A stretch of DNA of 64,000 nucleotides. Source: a virus. Taxonomy: Duplodnaviria; Caudoviricetes. The notes under the pieces are model-generated. The model saw only the letters and a program-made list of their open reading frames with translations, did not search any database and had not been told where the DNA came from. Made by a program: the position numbers and the translations under genes. Below are positions 28,032-38,505 of the stretch, piece after piece; the stretch's first letter is position 1, and every line of letters begins with the position of its first letter. The DNA is taken from positions 64,001 to 128,000 of the IMG/VR virus record IMGVR_UViG_3300030330_004956; one strand, written 5' to 3'.

Positions 28032-28790
28032 ATGGCTATTGATTTTGCAAAAATGAAAGCGAAACTTGATGCACTTCAAGGTAACGGCTCTTCCAAGAGT
28101 AATATCTTTTGGAAACCGCAGGACGGTGATCAAACTGTTCGAATTGTTCCAACAGCGGATGGAGATCCGTTTAAGGAAATGTGGTTCCACTACAATGTAG
28201 GTAAGAACCCCGGCTTCCTTTGCCCCAAGAAGAATCACGGAGACGATTGCGCTGTGTGTAACTTTGCGTGGCATATCATGAAGGAGGCAAAGCAAAATGA
28301 TGATGCAGAAACTTTGAAACTTTCAAAGTCACTGCTTCCGAAGCAACGCTTCTTCTCGCCAGTGGTAGTACGCGGCGAAGAGGAATCTGGCACCCGACTT
28401 TGGGGATATGGAAAGATGGCGTATCAGGAACTTATTCAATTGGTTCTTAATCCAGACTATGGCGATATCACTGATGTTGATGGCGGTACTGATCTTGTTA
28501 TCAACTATGGTAAGCCTCCCGGCGCCTCTTTCCCAGTGACGAAGATTCATCCTCGTCGCCGCCCATCTGCCCTTGCAGAGTCTAAGGAAGATGTTCAGAA
28601 TTTCTTGGATGGCATTCCATCTTTCAAGGAAAACTTCAATGTCAAGTCTAGCACTGAGATTGAGGAAATGCTTTCCAACTTCCTTTCGGGAGAATCTACC
28701 GACGATTCCGGAGGATCAGAGACTACGAAGTATCAAAACAACGAAACCTCTGATGTAGATGAAGCATTCAAAGAGTTGCTAGGAAATTAG
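28032..28790 (+). CDS. ssDNA-binding protein, T4 gp32-like
   Basis: FWKP..G..TVRIVP; H..CP....DCAVC zinc site; YGDITD..GTDL; acidic tail. Confidence 0.85.
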   Translation: MAIDFAKMKAKLDALQGNGSSKSNIFWKPQDGDQTVRIVPTADGDPFKEMWFHYNVGKNPGFLCPKKNHGDDCAVCNFAWHIMKEAKQNDDAETLKLSKSLLPKQRFFSPVVVRGEEESGTRLWGYGKMAYQELIQLVLNPDYGDITDVDGGTDLVINYGKPPGASFPVTKIHPRRRPSALAESKEDVQNFLDGIPSFKENFNVKSSTEIEEMLSNFLSGESTDDSGGSETTKYQNNETSDVDEAFKELLGN

Positions 28791-28857
28791 ACATAATGTT
28801 CTAAACCGCAGGTAGGCATGGGTTACAGATGCCTTATTTTTCAAACAAAGGTGACAA

Positions 28858-29994
28858 ATGGCTAGAAAATTAAAGAAAGTACAAAGCAAAGGTAAGTTGA
28901 GCCGCAAAGATAAGCTTAAAATGATCAACAAATTGGCAGGTAATGACGTAGCTCATGATCTGACACAAGAAAACCCAACAGATGTATATGATTGGATTCC
29001 CACTTCTTCCACATGGCTTGACTCTATTGTGTGTCGAGGTAAGTTGGCTGGAATCCCTGTTGGTAGAATTACAGAATTGGCAGGACTGAGTGGCACAGGA
29101 AAGTCTTATATGGCTGCTCAGATTTCTGGAAACGCCCAACGAAAGGGCTATAACGTTTATTATTTCGATTCAGAATCGGCAATTAGTTCTGATTTTTTGG
29201 AAAAGTGTGGGTGTATCATTGAGGATCCCGGTGCAGACGATGGAGATTTTGTCTATATTCAGGCTCAAAATGTTGAGTTTGTTCTGGAGACAATTGAAGC
29301 TATTTTAGCATCTGGAGAGGAAAACAATCTCTTCGTTTGGGACTCTTTGGCACTAACACCAGCAATTGCTGATTTGGAATCGGATTTTAATCCTCAAAGT
29401 ACAATGGCTGTAAAGCCACGTATTTTGTCGAAGGGATTGGCTAAACTTCTCCAGCCAATCTCAAATTCCAACTCCGCTCTACTGGTACTAAATCAGTTGA
29501 AGGATAACATCACGAGATCCCCCGCCGAAGCGATGACGACTCCCTATTTCACTCCCGGTGGTAAAGCGCTAATATATTCATATTCCCTCCGAATTTGGCT
29601 AACTGGGAGAAAAGCCAAAGCCTCTTTCGTCTATGACGATAAGGGCTATAGAGTCGGTTCAGAAGTAAAATGCAAATTAGAAAAATCACGCTTCGGAACA
29701 CACGGCAGGACATGCAACTTCAAAATCTTGTGGGGCGACGAGGTAGGTATTCAAGACGAGGAATCTTGGTTTGATGCTATCTCACCTTCTGATTGTATCA
29801 GTAGTAGCGGAGCTTGGTTCACTCTTGCGCGAAATGGCTATGAAAAGCGGTTTCAGAAGTCTAAATTTGCACAAATGGCAAGAGAAGATCAGGAATTTAG
29901 AAAACAAGTTTTAGAAATTATTGATGAAGAAGTCATCATGAAGTTTGATAAAAGATTGGGTGAGGCATCCCAATATTATGATGAAGAGTCATAG
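28858..29994 (+). CDS. recA: RecA/UvsX recombinase
   Basis: GIPVGRITELAGLSGTGKS, FDSE, VWDSL, LNQLK, TPGGKAL, KSRFG, SGAWF. Confidence 0.92.
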   Translation: MARKLKKVQSKGKLSRKDKLKMINKLAGNDVAHDLTQENPTDVYDWIPTSSTWLDSIVCRGKLAGIPVGRITELAGLSGTGKSYMAAQISGNAQRKGYNVYYFDSESAISSDFLEKCGCIIEDPGADDGDFVYIQAQNVEFVLETIEAILASGEENNLFVWDSLALTPAIADLESDFNPQSTMAVKPRILSKGLAKLLQPISNSNSALLVLNQLKDNITRSPAEAMTTPYFTPGGKALIYSYSLRIWLTGRKAKASFVYDDKGYRVGSEVKCKLEKSRFGTHGRTCNFKILWGDEVGIQDEESWFDAISPSDCISSSGAWFTLARNGYEKRFQKSKFAQMAREDQEFRKQVLEIIDEEVIMKFDKRLGEASQYYDEES

Positions 29995-30022
29995 TATAAA
30001 AGTCTCCTTTGTTTGTTTGGTT

Positions 30023-30054
30023 AACTCCCGCCATTAATTTGGCGGGAGTTTTTT
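30023..30054 (+). terminator. Intrinsic terminator
   Basis: AACTCCCGCCA-TTAATT-TGGCGGGAGTT-TTTT. Confidence 0.85.
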
Positions 30055-30079
30055 GAATAAACAAGGTGTGTTGATCGTA
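30054..30079 (+). promoter_or_regulatory. ECF-like promoter TGAATA-N16-CGTA
   Basis: Motif copy fused to the terminator T tract. Confidence 0.8.
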
Positions 30080-30098
30080 TAATATTTCAGAGGGACTT

Positions 30099-31070
30099 AT
30101 GAAAAAAATATTGATTATTGATGCATTGAACATGTTTTTTCGATGCTATGCTAGGGATCCTAGTATTAATTTACAAGGGCATCCATCTGGAGGTTGCGTA
30201 GGCTTTTTAAAGAGCTTACAAAAGTCTATTCGTCTTACAAAGCCAGATGATGTTGTGATAGTTTGGGACGGCGGTGGAGGCTCACGAAAGCGCCGCCTCA
30301 TAAACAAAGACTACAAATCAGGAAGAAAGGTGGTTCATTTACCAAAAGATATGAACTACAATTTTACACACGAAGAAGAGGCATCTAACAAGGCATGGCA
30401 GCAAACTAGATTGTTTGAATATTTAGATAATTTGCCAATTTGTCAGTTTATGTATGAAGACGTCGAAGCAGATGATGTCATCGCCGCGATTACTCAATCA
30501 AAAGTTCTCAAAGATTGGCATAAGGTGATCTTATCAAATGATAAAGACTTCATGCAATTGTGTGACGATAAGACGATTTTGTGCCGCCCTGCGAAGAAGC
30601 CATGGGAAATATTAAACACAAATAGGATTGTAGAAGATCTAAATGTTCATCCCATCAACATGGCACTCGCCAGAGCAATTGTGGGGGATAAATCTGATAA
30701 TTTGCCGGGAGTCCCTAATGTCGGCTTCGGTAGGGTAAATAAATTTTTCCCTTTCTTAAAAGATGAGGACGAGTACAGCGTTAAGGATCTAATTAAAATA
30801 ACCGAAGAGTTGGCTACCGAAAACAACAGCAAGTTTCTTACATCAATTCTAGAACACGAAAGTGTCATTGAAGAGAACTACAGGATAATGCAACTATATC
30901 AGCCATCACTTTCGTACCAAAGGAGAAATGCAGTAGAAAACTGCTTAGATGACAGAGAAAAACACTTTAATATGACTAATTTTAGACTTTTGTTAGCAGA
31001 AGATGGGTTTATGTCTTTAAGGTGGGACACGATGGAGCAATGTATGAAAAGAATTATTAATTTTGAATAA
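30099..31070 (+). CDS. 5'-3' exonuclease / flap endonuclease (T4 RNase H-like)
   Basis: IIDALN, VWDG, YKSGR, EADD, SNDKDFMQL, GDKSDNLPGV. Confidence 0.92.
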   Translation: MKKILIIDALNMFFRCYARDPSINLQGHPSGGCVGFLKSLQKSIRLTKPDDVVIVWDGGGGSRKRRLINKDYKSGRKVVHLPKDMNYNFTHEEEASNKAWQQTRLFEYLDNLPICQFMYEDVEADDVIAAITQSKVLKDWHKVILSNDKDFMQLCDDKTILCRPAKKPWEILNTNRIVEDLNVHPINMALARAIVGDKSDNLPGVPNVGFGRVNKFFPFLKDEDEYSVKDLIKITEELATENNSKFLTSILEHESVIEENYRIMQLYQPSLSYQRRNAVENCLDDREKHFNMTNFRLLLAEDGFMSLRWDTMEQCMKRIINFE

Positions 31071-31089
31071 AAAAGGACAAACAAGCGTA
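31064..31089 (+). promoter_or_regulatory. ECF-like promoter TGAATA-N16-CGTA (helicase)
   Basis: Motif copy overlapping a GAA-TAA stop. Confidence 0.8.
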
Positions 31090-31109
31090 TTACTAAAGCG
31101 GGAGGGAAT

Positions 31110-32474
31110 ATGAACATGAGAAAGTCTAATGAAGATTTCTCTAGGTTTGGCAAGCACTTTCAAGAATCAATGGTACAGTTGATGTTGGAAGATCGAGCCT
31201 ATTGCGATCAAATCACTGAAGTGCTAGACGTCAGCTTTTTTGAGTTGTCGTACCTACAAGTTTTTGTGGGCAAGTTGCTAGATTACAGAAAGAAATATAA
31301 AGTACACCCAACTTACAAAGCAATGATCACAATTTTGCGCACTGAGTTGGAATCTGAGAATGAAGCATTGCAGATGCAAGTGAAGGACTTTTTCTCTAGA
31401 ATTCATACGGCTGAAATTACCGATCGTGAGTTCATAAAAGATACCAGTCTAGATTTCTGCCGAAAACAAAAGTTGAAAGCAGCCCTTATGAAGACAATTG
31501 GGCTCATGAAGTCTTCTTCGTATGATGAAATAAGCAAGGTTATTAACGATGCCCTAACTTTGGGCATGGGCAATGAGGCAGGGTACGAATACCTTACAGA
31601 CTTCGAAGAAAGATATCAATTAAAAGCCCGCAATCCACAAACTACGGGCTGGGATGAGATTGACAGTATTACCGCCGGCGGACTTGGGCAAAGCGAGCTA
31701 GGAGTCGTTGTCGCCCCTACTGGTGCTGGTAAATCAATGGTTTTGACTTGTCTTGGGGCGAAAGCGATACAACAAGGAAAAACAGTGGTGCATTATACAT
31801 TCGAATTATGTGATAAAGTCATTGGCAGACGCTATGATTCTTGTATCACACAAATTCCATTGGGTGATTTGAACAGTTTTAAGGAACAAGTTTACGAAGA
31901 AATTAGTGAATTAACTGGTTCGCTTATAATTAAAGAATACCCCACAAAGTCTGCATCAACTCAGACTTTGAAAACCCACCTAGAGAAACTTAAGAAAAGA
32001 GGCGTTGAACCCGATATGATCATTGTAGACTACGCCGATTTGCTCAAACCAGTAAACATGACAAGGGAGAAAAGACATGATTTGGAAAATATTTATGAAG
32101 AACTACGAGGCATTGCGCAAGAAAATGAATGTCCATTATGGACGGCATCACAAACGAATCGTTCTGGACTCAACGCTGAAGTAGTGACTATGGAAGCTAT
32201 TTCAGAAGCTTTTAACAAGTGCTTTGTGGCAGACTTTATTTGCTCAGTTTCTAGGACTGCCCAAGACAAAGTAAACAATACAGGCAGAATGTTTGTAGCA
32301 AAAAACAGAAACGGGCCGGATGGTATGGTATATCCGCTAGTTATTGACTGGAAAAATGTCAAGATGCAGGTTTTACCAGAATCATCAGAAACCATGCTAG
32401 AGATCGAAGAGAAATCTTTGTCAGAACACAAAGCAGACTTATACAAGAGATACAAGAACAACAAGGAGAAATGA
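31110..32474 (+). CDS. dnaB: Replicative DnaB-like helicase
   Basis: TGW..D...GG, APTGAGKS, IVDYADL, WTASQTNR, KNRNG. Confidence 0.92.
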   Translation: MNMRKSNEDFSRFGKHFQESMVQLMLEDRAYCDQITEVLDVSFFELSYLQVFVGKLLDYRKKYKVHPTYKAMITILRTELESENEALQMQVKDFFSRIHTAEITDREFIKDTSLDFCRKQKLKAALMKTIGLMKSSSYDEISKVINDALTLGMGNEAGYEYLTDFEERYQLKARNPQTTGWDEIDSITAGGLGQSELGVVVAPTGAGKSMVLTCLGAKAIQQGKTVVHYTFELCDKVIGRRYDSCITQIPLGDLNSFKEQVYEEISELTGSLIIKEYPTKSASTQTLKTHLEKLKKRGVEPDMIIVDYADLLKPVNMTREKRHDLENIYEELRGIAQENECPLWTASQTNRSGLNAEVVTMEAISEAFNKCFVADFICSVSRTAQDKVNNTGRMFVAKNRNGPDGMVYPLVIDWKNVKMQVLPESSETMLEIEEKSLSEHKADLYKRYKNNKEK

Positions 32475-32478
32475 AAAC

Positions 32479-34338
32479 ATGGAAGTCTCAAACAAAATTT
32501 TATCAGATATTACGGTACACATGAAGTACGCTAGGTACCTAGAAAACAAACAGCGCCGAGAGAACTGGACAGAACTTGTCACTAGAAATATGGAAATGCA
32601 TATTAAGAAATATCCTCAACTAGAGGGTGAAATCAGGGAAAACTATAAGTTTATCTTTGATAAGAAAATATTGCCATCAATGCGCTCAATGCAATTTGCT
32701 GGTAAGCCAATTGAGGTTTCTCCGAATCGTATCTTTAATTGTGCATATATGCCAATGGACGATTTGCGTTCATTTTCAGAGGCTATGTTTCTTTTACTTG
32801 GTGGCACCGGTGTAGGATTTTCTGTTCAGCAGCACCATGTCGATAAACTTCCAGAGATTCACAAGCCCAATGCTAGCCGCACCCGTCGTTTTTTGATTAG
32901 CGACTCTATAGAGGGATGGGCAGACGCAGTGAAGGCACTAATCATGTCTTATTTCAAAGGTACTTCCAAGTTACGTTTTGACTTTTCAGATATCCGTGCA
33001 AAAGGAGCCAAACTGGTAACATCTGGCGGTAAAGCCCCCGGCCCACAGCCTCTGCGAGAGTGCTTGGTGAAAGTGGAGGGTATTTTACAGCAGAAAGAAG
33101 ATGGCGAAAAGCTTTCTACAATTGAGGTTCACGATATGGTTTGCCACATTGCCGATGCTGTTCTGGCGGGTGGTATCCGCCGCGCCGCTCTGATTTCTCT
33201 GTTTTCAGCCGATGATATGGAAATGATATCAGCAAAATCAGGAAAATGGTGGGAGCAAAACCCACAACGTGGACGAGCGAATAATTCAGTAGTGCTTCTT
33301 AGACACCGAATCGAAAGAGACTTTTTCATGAACTTGTGGGAGCGTGTCAAAGCCTCCGGAGCAGGCGAACCCGGCTTTTACTTCTCAAATGACAAAGATT
33401 GGGGCACCAACCCGTGCTGTGAAATCGCACTTCGCCCATATCAATTCTGCAACCTTACTGAAGTCAACGTTTCCGATATCACAACACAAGAAGAATACGA
33501 GAATAGAGTCCGTGCCGCTGCCTTTTTAGGCACTTTGCAGGCTGGTTATACTGATTTTCACTATTTACGCCCTGTTTGGCAGCGTCACACCGAAAAAGAT
33601 GCTCTAGTTGGAGTCTCCATGACAGGAATTGCGTCTGGTGGCGTTCTGGCTCTTGATATGAGGGCAGGGGCAAAAATTGTTAAAGAAGAGAATGCTAGAG
33701 TAGCAGATATTATCGGCATTAACGCAGCCGCACGAACAACTTGCGTAAAACCCGCAGGAACCACCTCTTTAACGCTTGGAACTTCCAGCGGAATCCACGC
33801 ATGGCACAATGATTACTATATTCGCAGAATTAGGGTGGGCAAGAATGAATCGATTTATAACTACCTAGCAGAAAACCACCCAGAGTTGGTTGAAGATGAA
33901 TTCTTCTCACCACACGACACCGCAGTTATTTCGGCTCCACAAAAGTCTCCAGCAAACGCAATTACAAGATCTGAAACTGCAATTGACTTATTAGAGAGAG
34001 TCAAGAAAGTAAGTTCAGAGTGGGTTAAGGGCGGACATGGAAAGGGGCAGAATACACATAACGTTTCTGCTACCATTACAATCAAGCCTGATGAGTGGGA
34101 AACTGTAGGTGAATGGATGTGGGAAAACCGCAAACACTACAATGGATTATCGGTATTGCCATATAGCGAGCACAGCTACAAACAGGCACCTTTTGAGGAT
34201 TGTGACGAAGAAACTTATGAAAATATGCTAAAAAGTTTAAAAAGCGTTAATTTGGAACTAATTAATGAGGAAGAAGATAACACAGATCTGAAAGGCGAGA
34301 TAGCATGTGCAGGTGGAGCTTGTGAATTGCCATTTTGA
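32479..34338 (+). CDS. nrdJ: Class II (B12-dependent) ribonucleotide reductase, RTPR type
   Basis: FNC, GTGVGFS, AGGIRRAA, GEPG, TNPCCEI, CNLTE, KPAGT, YKQAPFE, C-terminal CAGGAC. Confidence 0.9.
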   Translation: MEVSNKILSDITVHMKYARYLENKQRRENWTELVTRNMEMHIKKYPQLEGEIRENYKFIFDKKILPSMRSMQFAGKPIEVSPNRIFNCAYMPMDDLRSFSEAMFLLLGGTGVGFSVQQHHVDKLPEIHKPNASRTRRFLISDSIEGWADAVKALIMSYFKGTSKLRFDFSDIRAKGAKLVTSGGKAPGPQPLRECLVKVEGILQQKEDGEKLSTIEVHDMVCHIADAVLAGGIRRAALISLFSADDMEMISAKSGKWWEQNPQRGRANNSVVLLRHRIERDFFMNLWERVKASGAGEPGFYFSNDKDWGTNPCCEIALRPYQFCNLTEVNVSDITTQEEYENRVRAAAFLGTLQAGYTDFHYLRPVWQRHTEKDALVGVSMTGIASGGVLALDMRAGAKIVKEENARVADIIGINAAARTTCVKPAGTTSLTLGTSSGIHAWHNDYYIRRIRVGKNESIYNYLAENHPELVEDEFFSPHDTAVISAPQKSPANAITRSETAIDLLERVKKVSSEWVKGGHGKGQNTHNVSATITIKPDEWETVGEWMWENRKHYNGLSVLPYSEHSYKQAPFEDCDEETYENMLKSLKSVNLELINEEEDNTDLKGEIACAGGACELPF

Positions 34339-34360
34339 ATAATTTAGACTTTCAGTCGTA
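34336..34360 (+). promoter_or_regulatory. ECF-like promoter TGAATA-N15-CGTA
   Basis: Motif copy using the nrdJ TGA stop. Confidence 0.75.
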
Positions 34361-34381
34361 TAACTATTAGGGAATAATATA

Positions 34382-35239
34382 ATGAAAAAACTTTTTGAAA
34401 ACTGGAGAAAATATGTTCTAGTTGAAATGTCAACACCATTGACGAAATATCGAAGACTAATGGGTATGTTCCAAGGTGATGTGGAAAGTGTGGATCAGGT
34501 TGTCATGATGACACCAGAAAATCCACACGCTCGTTCTACGTCTGATGAGATCAACGCTAAACGAACAGAGCTTTTCAGAGAAGATATGAAAACTGCTGGG
34601 TATGGGTACCGCCCTGTTGAGGGTATGTACGGCGGCCCAGAAGACTCTTATGCAATCCCACATATGTCTAGAGAAGATGCTGCAAGGTATTCTTATAAGT
34701 ATGGGCAAGAGTCCTTTGTGTATTCTGTTCGTCAAGAGGGCGCCGATGCCAAGATGATTCACGAAATGGTTATGATTGACTACGCAGGAGCCCAACAGGA
34801 TGGCAGATATCCTCCAGAATTGTTCGGAGAGATTTACATCATGCCAGAGTCAGTTAATACGACAATTGATGCAGAAACCACAGAAATGCTGAACAGTCAA
34901 GATTTGGCTAGCGCAGAGGATTATTATTCTAATATTCCCGGCGCACCAGAGAGGGGTAGGCTGTCAATGGACTTCTACGGAGGAAAGCCTGTGGACAAGG
35001 GGCAGCAAGTCGGCGCTCCGGCAAATCCCAGATATGTTCGGGAAAGCACCTATATTGCGATCAGAGAGTCAGACGTACCATCTACTACAGAGGCACAAGC
35101 ACTGGCTAAAAAGATCAAGGATCGTAGTAGCAAGATAAACGAAAGCGATCGCCTTGGATCTTCAAAATATCATCATAGAAAGATGATGCTAGCAGAGAAG
35201 CAAGAATTGTTGAATATCATTAAAGAATTGGAGGAATAG
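34382..35239 (+). CDS. ENWR-leader protein with DUF3293-like domain
   Basis: MKKLFENWRKYVLVE; MTPENP..N..R...G.Y...EDSY...KYGQES. Confidence 0.55.
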   Translation: MKKLFENWRKYVLVEMSTPLTKYRRLMGMFQGDVESVDQVVMMTPENPHARSTSDEINAKRTELFREDMKTAGYGYRPVEGMYGGPEDSYAIPHMSREDAARYSYKYGQESFVYSVRQEGADAKMIHEMVMIDYAGAQQDGRYPPELFGEIYIMPESVNTTIDAETTEMLNSQDLASAEDYYSNIPGAPERGRLSMDFYGGKPVDKGQQVGAPANPRYVRESTYIAIRESDVPSTTEAQALAKKIKDRSSKINESDRLGSSKYHHRKMMLAEKQELLNIIKELEE

Positions 35240-35526
35240 TGAAGCCAGTAAATCGTAATTTGCTTATAGAGATAGAAAGAGAAAAGCCAGAGGAAACACA
35301 TTCATCAGCCTTTCTTTTGCCAGAAGACTACAAGAAGAAAGATGTAGAAAGATACAGTGTGGTAAAAATTTTACAACGCGCCGATGACTGCGAAAAGATA
35401 CGGGACATTCTAAGGCATGATAGGTGCGTCGTAGAGACTTCCATGATCAACGAAGTAAAAGTTGGCGGGAAAGTGTACAATATTGTTGGTGAGAACTATG
35501 TAGTTCTTATATTGGGGGATGAATGA
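35239..35526 (+). CDS. GroES-like co-chaperonin
   Basis: MKPVNRNLLIE, mobile-loop-like SAFLLP, EVKVGGKVYNIV.E; 95 aa. Confidence 0.6.
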   Translation: MKPVNRNLLIEIEREKPEETHSSAFLLPEDYKKKDVERYSVVKILQRADDCEKIRDILRHDRCVVETSMINEVKVGGKVYNIVGENYVVLILGDE

Positions 35527-36269
35527 TTGAGAAGAAGACTATTCATATTTACAATGACGGTATTGGCTCTGTCAGTCTCGTTGATAGCATGGGCTCAGAT
35601 CTCACTGTTGTTAACTCTGCTAGAGTATCGTTTGGGGTAGAAAAGGAAGAATTAAATGAAAGAGACAAGAAACTCATCAACTACCTTATACGGCACAGAC
35701 ACACTTCAACTTTGGAGCATAATCTTATTACTTTCAAGTTTTGTGTTCCTCTCTTCGTTCGCTCTCAGCACCATCGTCATCGGACATGGAGCTATAATGA
35801 GATCTCTCGGCGGTACACCGATAAAGACATACAATTTTATGTTCCCGAAAAGTTCCGCCCACAACACCCAACCAACAGACAAGCCTCAAGACACGACTAC
35901 GTTATAAATCCAGTTGTATATCCTCACGGCGCCTTTCATGATCTGCACAAATATTACTTTAGCGGAAAAAACACAACAGAATTAATGCAGATTCATACTG
36001 ATTCTTCTTTGAGTTTGTTTGAAGATATGATAGCTGCGGGGGTTTGTAGAGAGCAAGCCAGAATGGTACTGCCGCAAAGCATGTACACAGAATATTATGG
36101 AACAGTGAATCTTAACAATTTGCTTAAATTTGTTGATTTGCGCACACATGAAGGTGCCCAGTGGGAAATTAAAAAGGTTGCAGAAGCATGCTTGGACATA
36201 GCAACTGAATTATTTCCAGTGACGGTAGAATCATATAGGCGCATCAAAGATGAAAAAGAGTCCACATAG
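35523..36269 (+). CDS. thyX: Flavin-dependent thymidylate synthase
   Basis: ARVS, RHRTWSYNEISRRY, EQARMVLP, LR..AQWEI. Confidence 0.95.
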   Translation: MIEKKTIHIYNDGIGSVSLVDSMGSDLTVVNSARVSFGVEKEELNERDKKLINYLIRHRHTSTLEHNLITFKFCVPLFVRSQHHRHRTWSYNEISRRYTDKDIQFYVPEKFRPQHPTNRQASRHDYVINPVVYPHGAFHDLHKYYFSGKNTTELMQIHTDSSLSLFEDMIAAGVCREQARMVLPQSMYTEYYGTVNLNNLLKFVDLRTHEGAQWEIKKVAEACLDIATELFPVTVESYRRIKDEKEST

Positions 36270-37077
36270 AGAAACAAACTTATCATATGATAATGTGATA
36301 TTGGGAAGTTCGGTGCATGCTATGGTGGCAGCATACGTACATCAGGTACCCATATTTGGAAACATTACGCACCGTCCTATACCTTACTACTTTATTGAAG
36401 AGGGGGTAGATCTATCTTCGATAGGTGTAGACAACAAAACAAATACGTACACCAATCTTTCTGGTACAGAGCAAAGTTTCGGCATGCAACAAATCGAACT
36501 TTGGAATATTATGATGCACAGATTGTCTATAATGGGGCTAGCTCCAATGTTTGGTGATTATTATTATGACTATTTCACTGAACTGACAGAGATAGTGAAA
36601 ATGAAGTCACAACGCAATTTTAGCCTATCAGTAAAAAGTAAAATAGTGAATATACAGGCAGAGAACATCATAATTTTCGATTACCCCAGTTTTTACAATG
36701 GCTCTGCCACGTTTATGGTGAATGATCATGTTCGACTTAGAAACGCCAAAAACTTGAAAGCCGACATCATTAATGAGGTTGTGCCTGTTCCGCAATTCAT
36801 GGACACTTCGTGCTACCAGTCGATTGTGTACAAAGAGGGCAAGTATACTAATTGTTGCGTTAAGTCTATAGTTAGCGAAGACAATATGTCAAGCTTTGAC
36901 ACTAGTGAAACATCAATCAGATTAAAAACAGAAGCGTCTTTTTACTGGAATGTTGACAAAAAAATAAAAGTAGATTCTTTGTATCGAGAAAAGAGCCCAG
37001 TTCTTAAGCCAATGTACACTGATTTGGAAGAATTGGTATTAATGGATATATTTGCGCAAGAGTTGGTGTATCGATGA
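36250..37077 (+). CDS. Hypothetical protein with degenerate Rossmann-like N-terminus
   Basis: YDNVILGSS near the N-terminus. Confidence 0.45.
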   Translation: MKKSPHRETNLSYDNVILGSSVHAMVAAYVHQVPIFGNITHRPIPYYFIEEGVDLSSIGVDNKTNTYTNLSGTEQSFGMQQIELWNIMMHRLSIMGLAPMFGDYYYDYFTELTEIVKMKSQRNFSLSVKSKIVNIQAENIIIFDYPSFYNGSATFMVNDHVRLRNAKNLKADIINEVVPVPQFMDTSCYQSIVYKEGKYTNCCVKSIVSEDNMSSFDTSETSIRLKTEASFYWNVDKKIKVDSLYREKSPVLKPMYTDLEELVLMDIFAQELVYR

Positions 37078-37967
37078 GCAATTTTCATTTAGCTGGGATT
37101 ATACCGGTATCGAGCATAAAGTTAAATTATAATTTGCCATATCACCCATGTTTACTGCCAATCGAGGAAGATTTCTTGTTAATACACAGATCAATATTAG
37201 AATGTGCGTGGGCGGGCTGTGAAACAATATGGATTGTCATGGATCCAGACATAACTCCCATTTTTCGAAAAGTTGTGGGCGACTATGTTTACGATCCTGT
37301 AAACTATTATCGAGCACACGATATTGACAAAACCGCCAAGAGGACAATGATACCAATATATTTTACCACGGTTGACGTAAGGAACAGAGGCAAAAGAGAT
37401 TGTTATGGCTGGAGCATCATTGAAGGCGCTTATATGGCTTACAGGGTTTCAAATCAGCTATCCAAGTGGATAATACCAGACAAATATTATGTTTCTTTTC
37501 CTTGGGCAATATACCCTCCAGAAATAGTAAGAGAACATAGAAAGTTAATTTCTAGCACCAATAATCCAAACTTCATGATAACAAATAATAATGAAGGAGT
37601 CAAAGGTGACAAGTATCTGGGATTCACATTTGAACAAGAAGACTTCATAAATTGCCGCGCATTCGTTAGGGAGAATGGTACCGGTAGATATGTTCCCGGC
37701 GGAAAAAAGAATGAGGATGGCATCCCTAGAGAGCTTTTACCAATAGAGAAGCGATGGAGCGCCCGTAATTTTAAAATGTCAGAGGTTTTTTGTAAATTAC
37801 CAGATGATGTACACAAGATAGAATTGGATTATTATTATGATGTTACTTCGTGGAATGGATATCGTGAGTTTATGTCCTCGGATCTGGCAATAGAAAAGCC
37901 ACGCGTTAAAGAATGGTTATCAAAATCTAGATATAAAAAAGATTTACTAGATTTTCAAGACTTATAA
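37074..37967 (+). CDS. Sugar-nucleotidyltransferase-like protein, degenerate
   Basis: AGIIPV, PCLLPI, LIHRSILECAWAGCETIWIV, YYDVTSW; lacks the GxGTR loop. Confidence 0.55.
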   Translation: MSNFHLAGIIPVSSIKLNYNLPYHPCLLPIEEDFLLIHRSILECAWAGCETIWIVMDPDITPIFRKVVGDYVYDPVNYYRAHDIDKTAKRTMIPIYFTTVDVRNRGKRDCYGWSIIEGAYMAYRVSNQLSKWIIPDKYYVSFPWAIYPPEIVREHRKLISSTNNPNFMITNNNEGVKGDKYLGFTFEQEDFINCRAFVRENGTGRYVPGGKKNEDGIPRELLPIEKRWSARNFKMSEVFCKLPDDVHKIELDYYYDVTSWNGYREFMSSDLAIEKPRVKEWLSKSRYKKDLLDFQDL

Positions 37968-37968
37968 C

Positions 37969-37975
37969 CTATTTA
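37969..37975 (+). promoter_or_regulatory. Putative late promoter CTATTTA
   Basis: Heads the 37994-40117 gene run. Confidence 0.6.
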
Positions 37976-37993
37976 GATACGAAGGTTATCGAC

Positions 37994-38341
37994 ATGAAAT
38001 TGCCCATTTTTATAGAAAATAGTAAAGTACCGGTATGGCTTTCTAAGATAGCTCCAATTGAGATTGGTGCAATTAGCTTTGGCATTTGGGTTTGGGATCG
38101 CGGTATTTCTTCTGAAAGAAGGAAGAGACATGAAACGATCCACTATAAACAACAATTAGAGCTTTTGTTTGTTTTCCAATGGATACTTTATGGGCTGTTC
38201 TGGTTAATTGGGAGAGTTAAATTTAGAGATGGTACATTGGCATATTACCAAAATCCATTTGAGATAGAAGCCTATGAAAATGATGAAGATCCAGACTACC
38301 TGTCGAACAGAAAGCCGTATAATTGGAGAAATTACCTGTGA
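37994..38341 (+). CDS. Small HExxH zincin-like protein
   Basis: RHETIH..Q...AYYQNPFEIEAY. Confidence 0.65.
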   Translation: MKLPIFIENSKVPVWLSKIAPIEIGAISFGIWVWDRGISSERRKRHETIHYKQQLELLFVFQWILYGLFWLIGRVKFRDGTLAYYQNPFEIEAYENDEDPDYLSNRKPYNWRNYL

Positions 38342-38505
38342 GAAATAGACAATACATTTTAAGCGTATTCTTGATGGCTGTCGTGGCTTTTATGTCGGTG
38401 TCATGCAAAAAAAAAGTGAAGACGGAGCCCCTAGTTCCTAGAACTTATGATGATTTACCGCCTTGGGATGAAGATGATGACGAACTACCAGAGGACATAA
38501 AATGA
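38338..38505 (+). CDS. Small lipoprotein
   Basis: GTG start after GGAG; hydrophobic stretch then SVSC lipobox; acidic tail. Confidence 0.55.
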   Translation: MRNRQYILSVFLMAVVAFMSVSCKKKVKTEPLVPRTYDDLPPWDEDDDELPEDIK

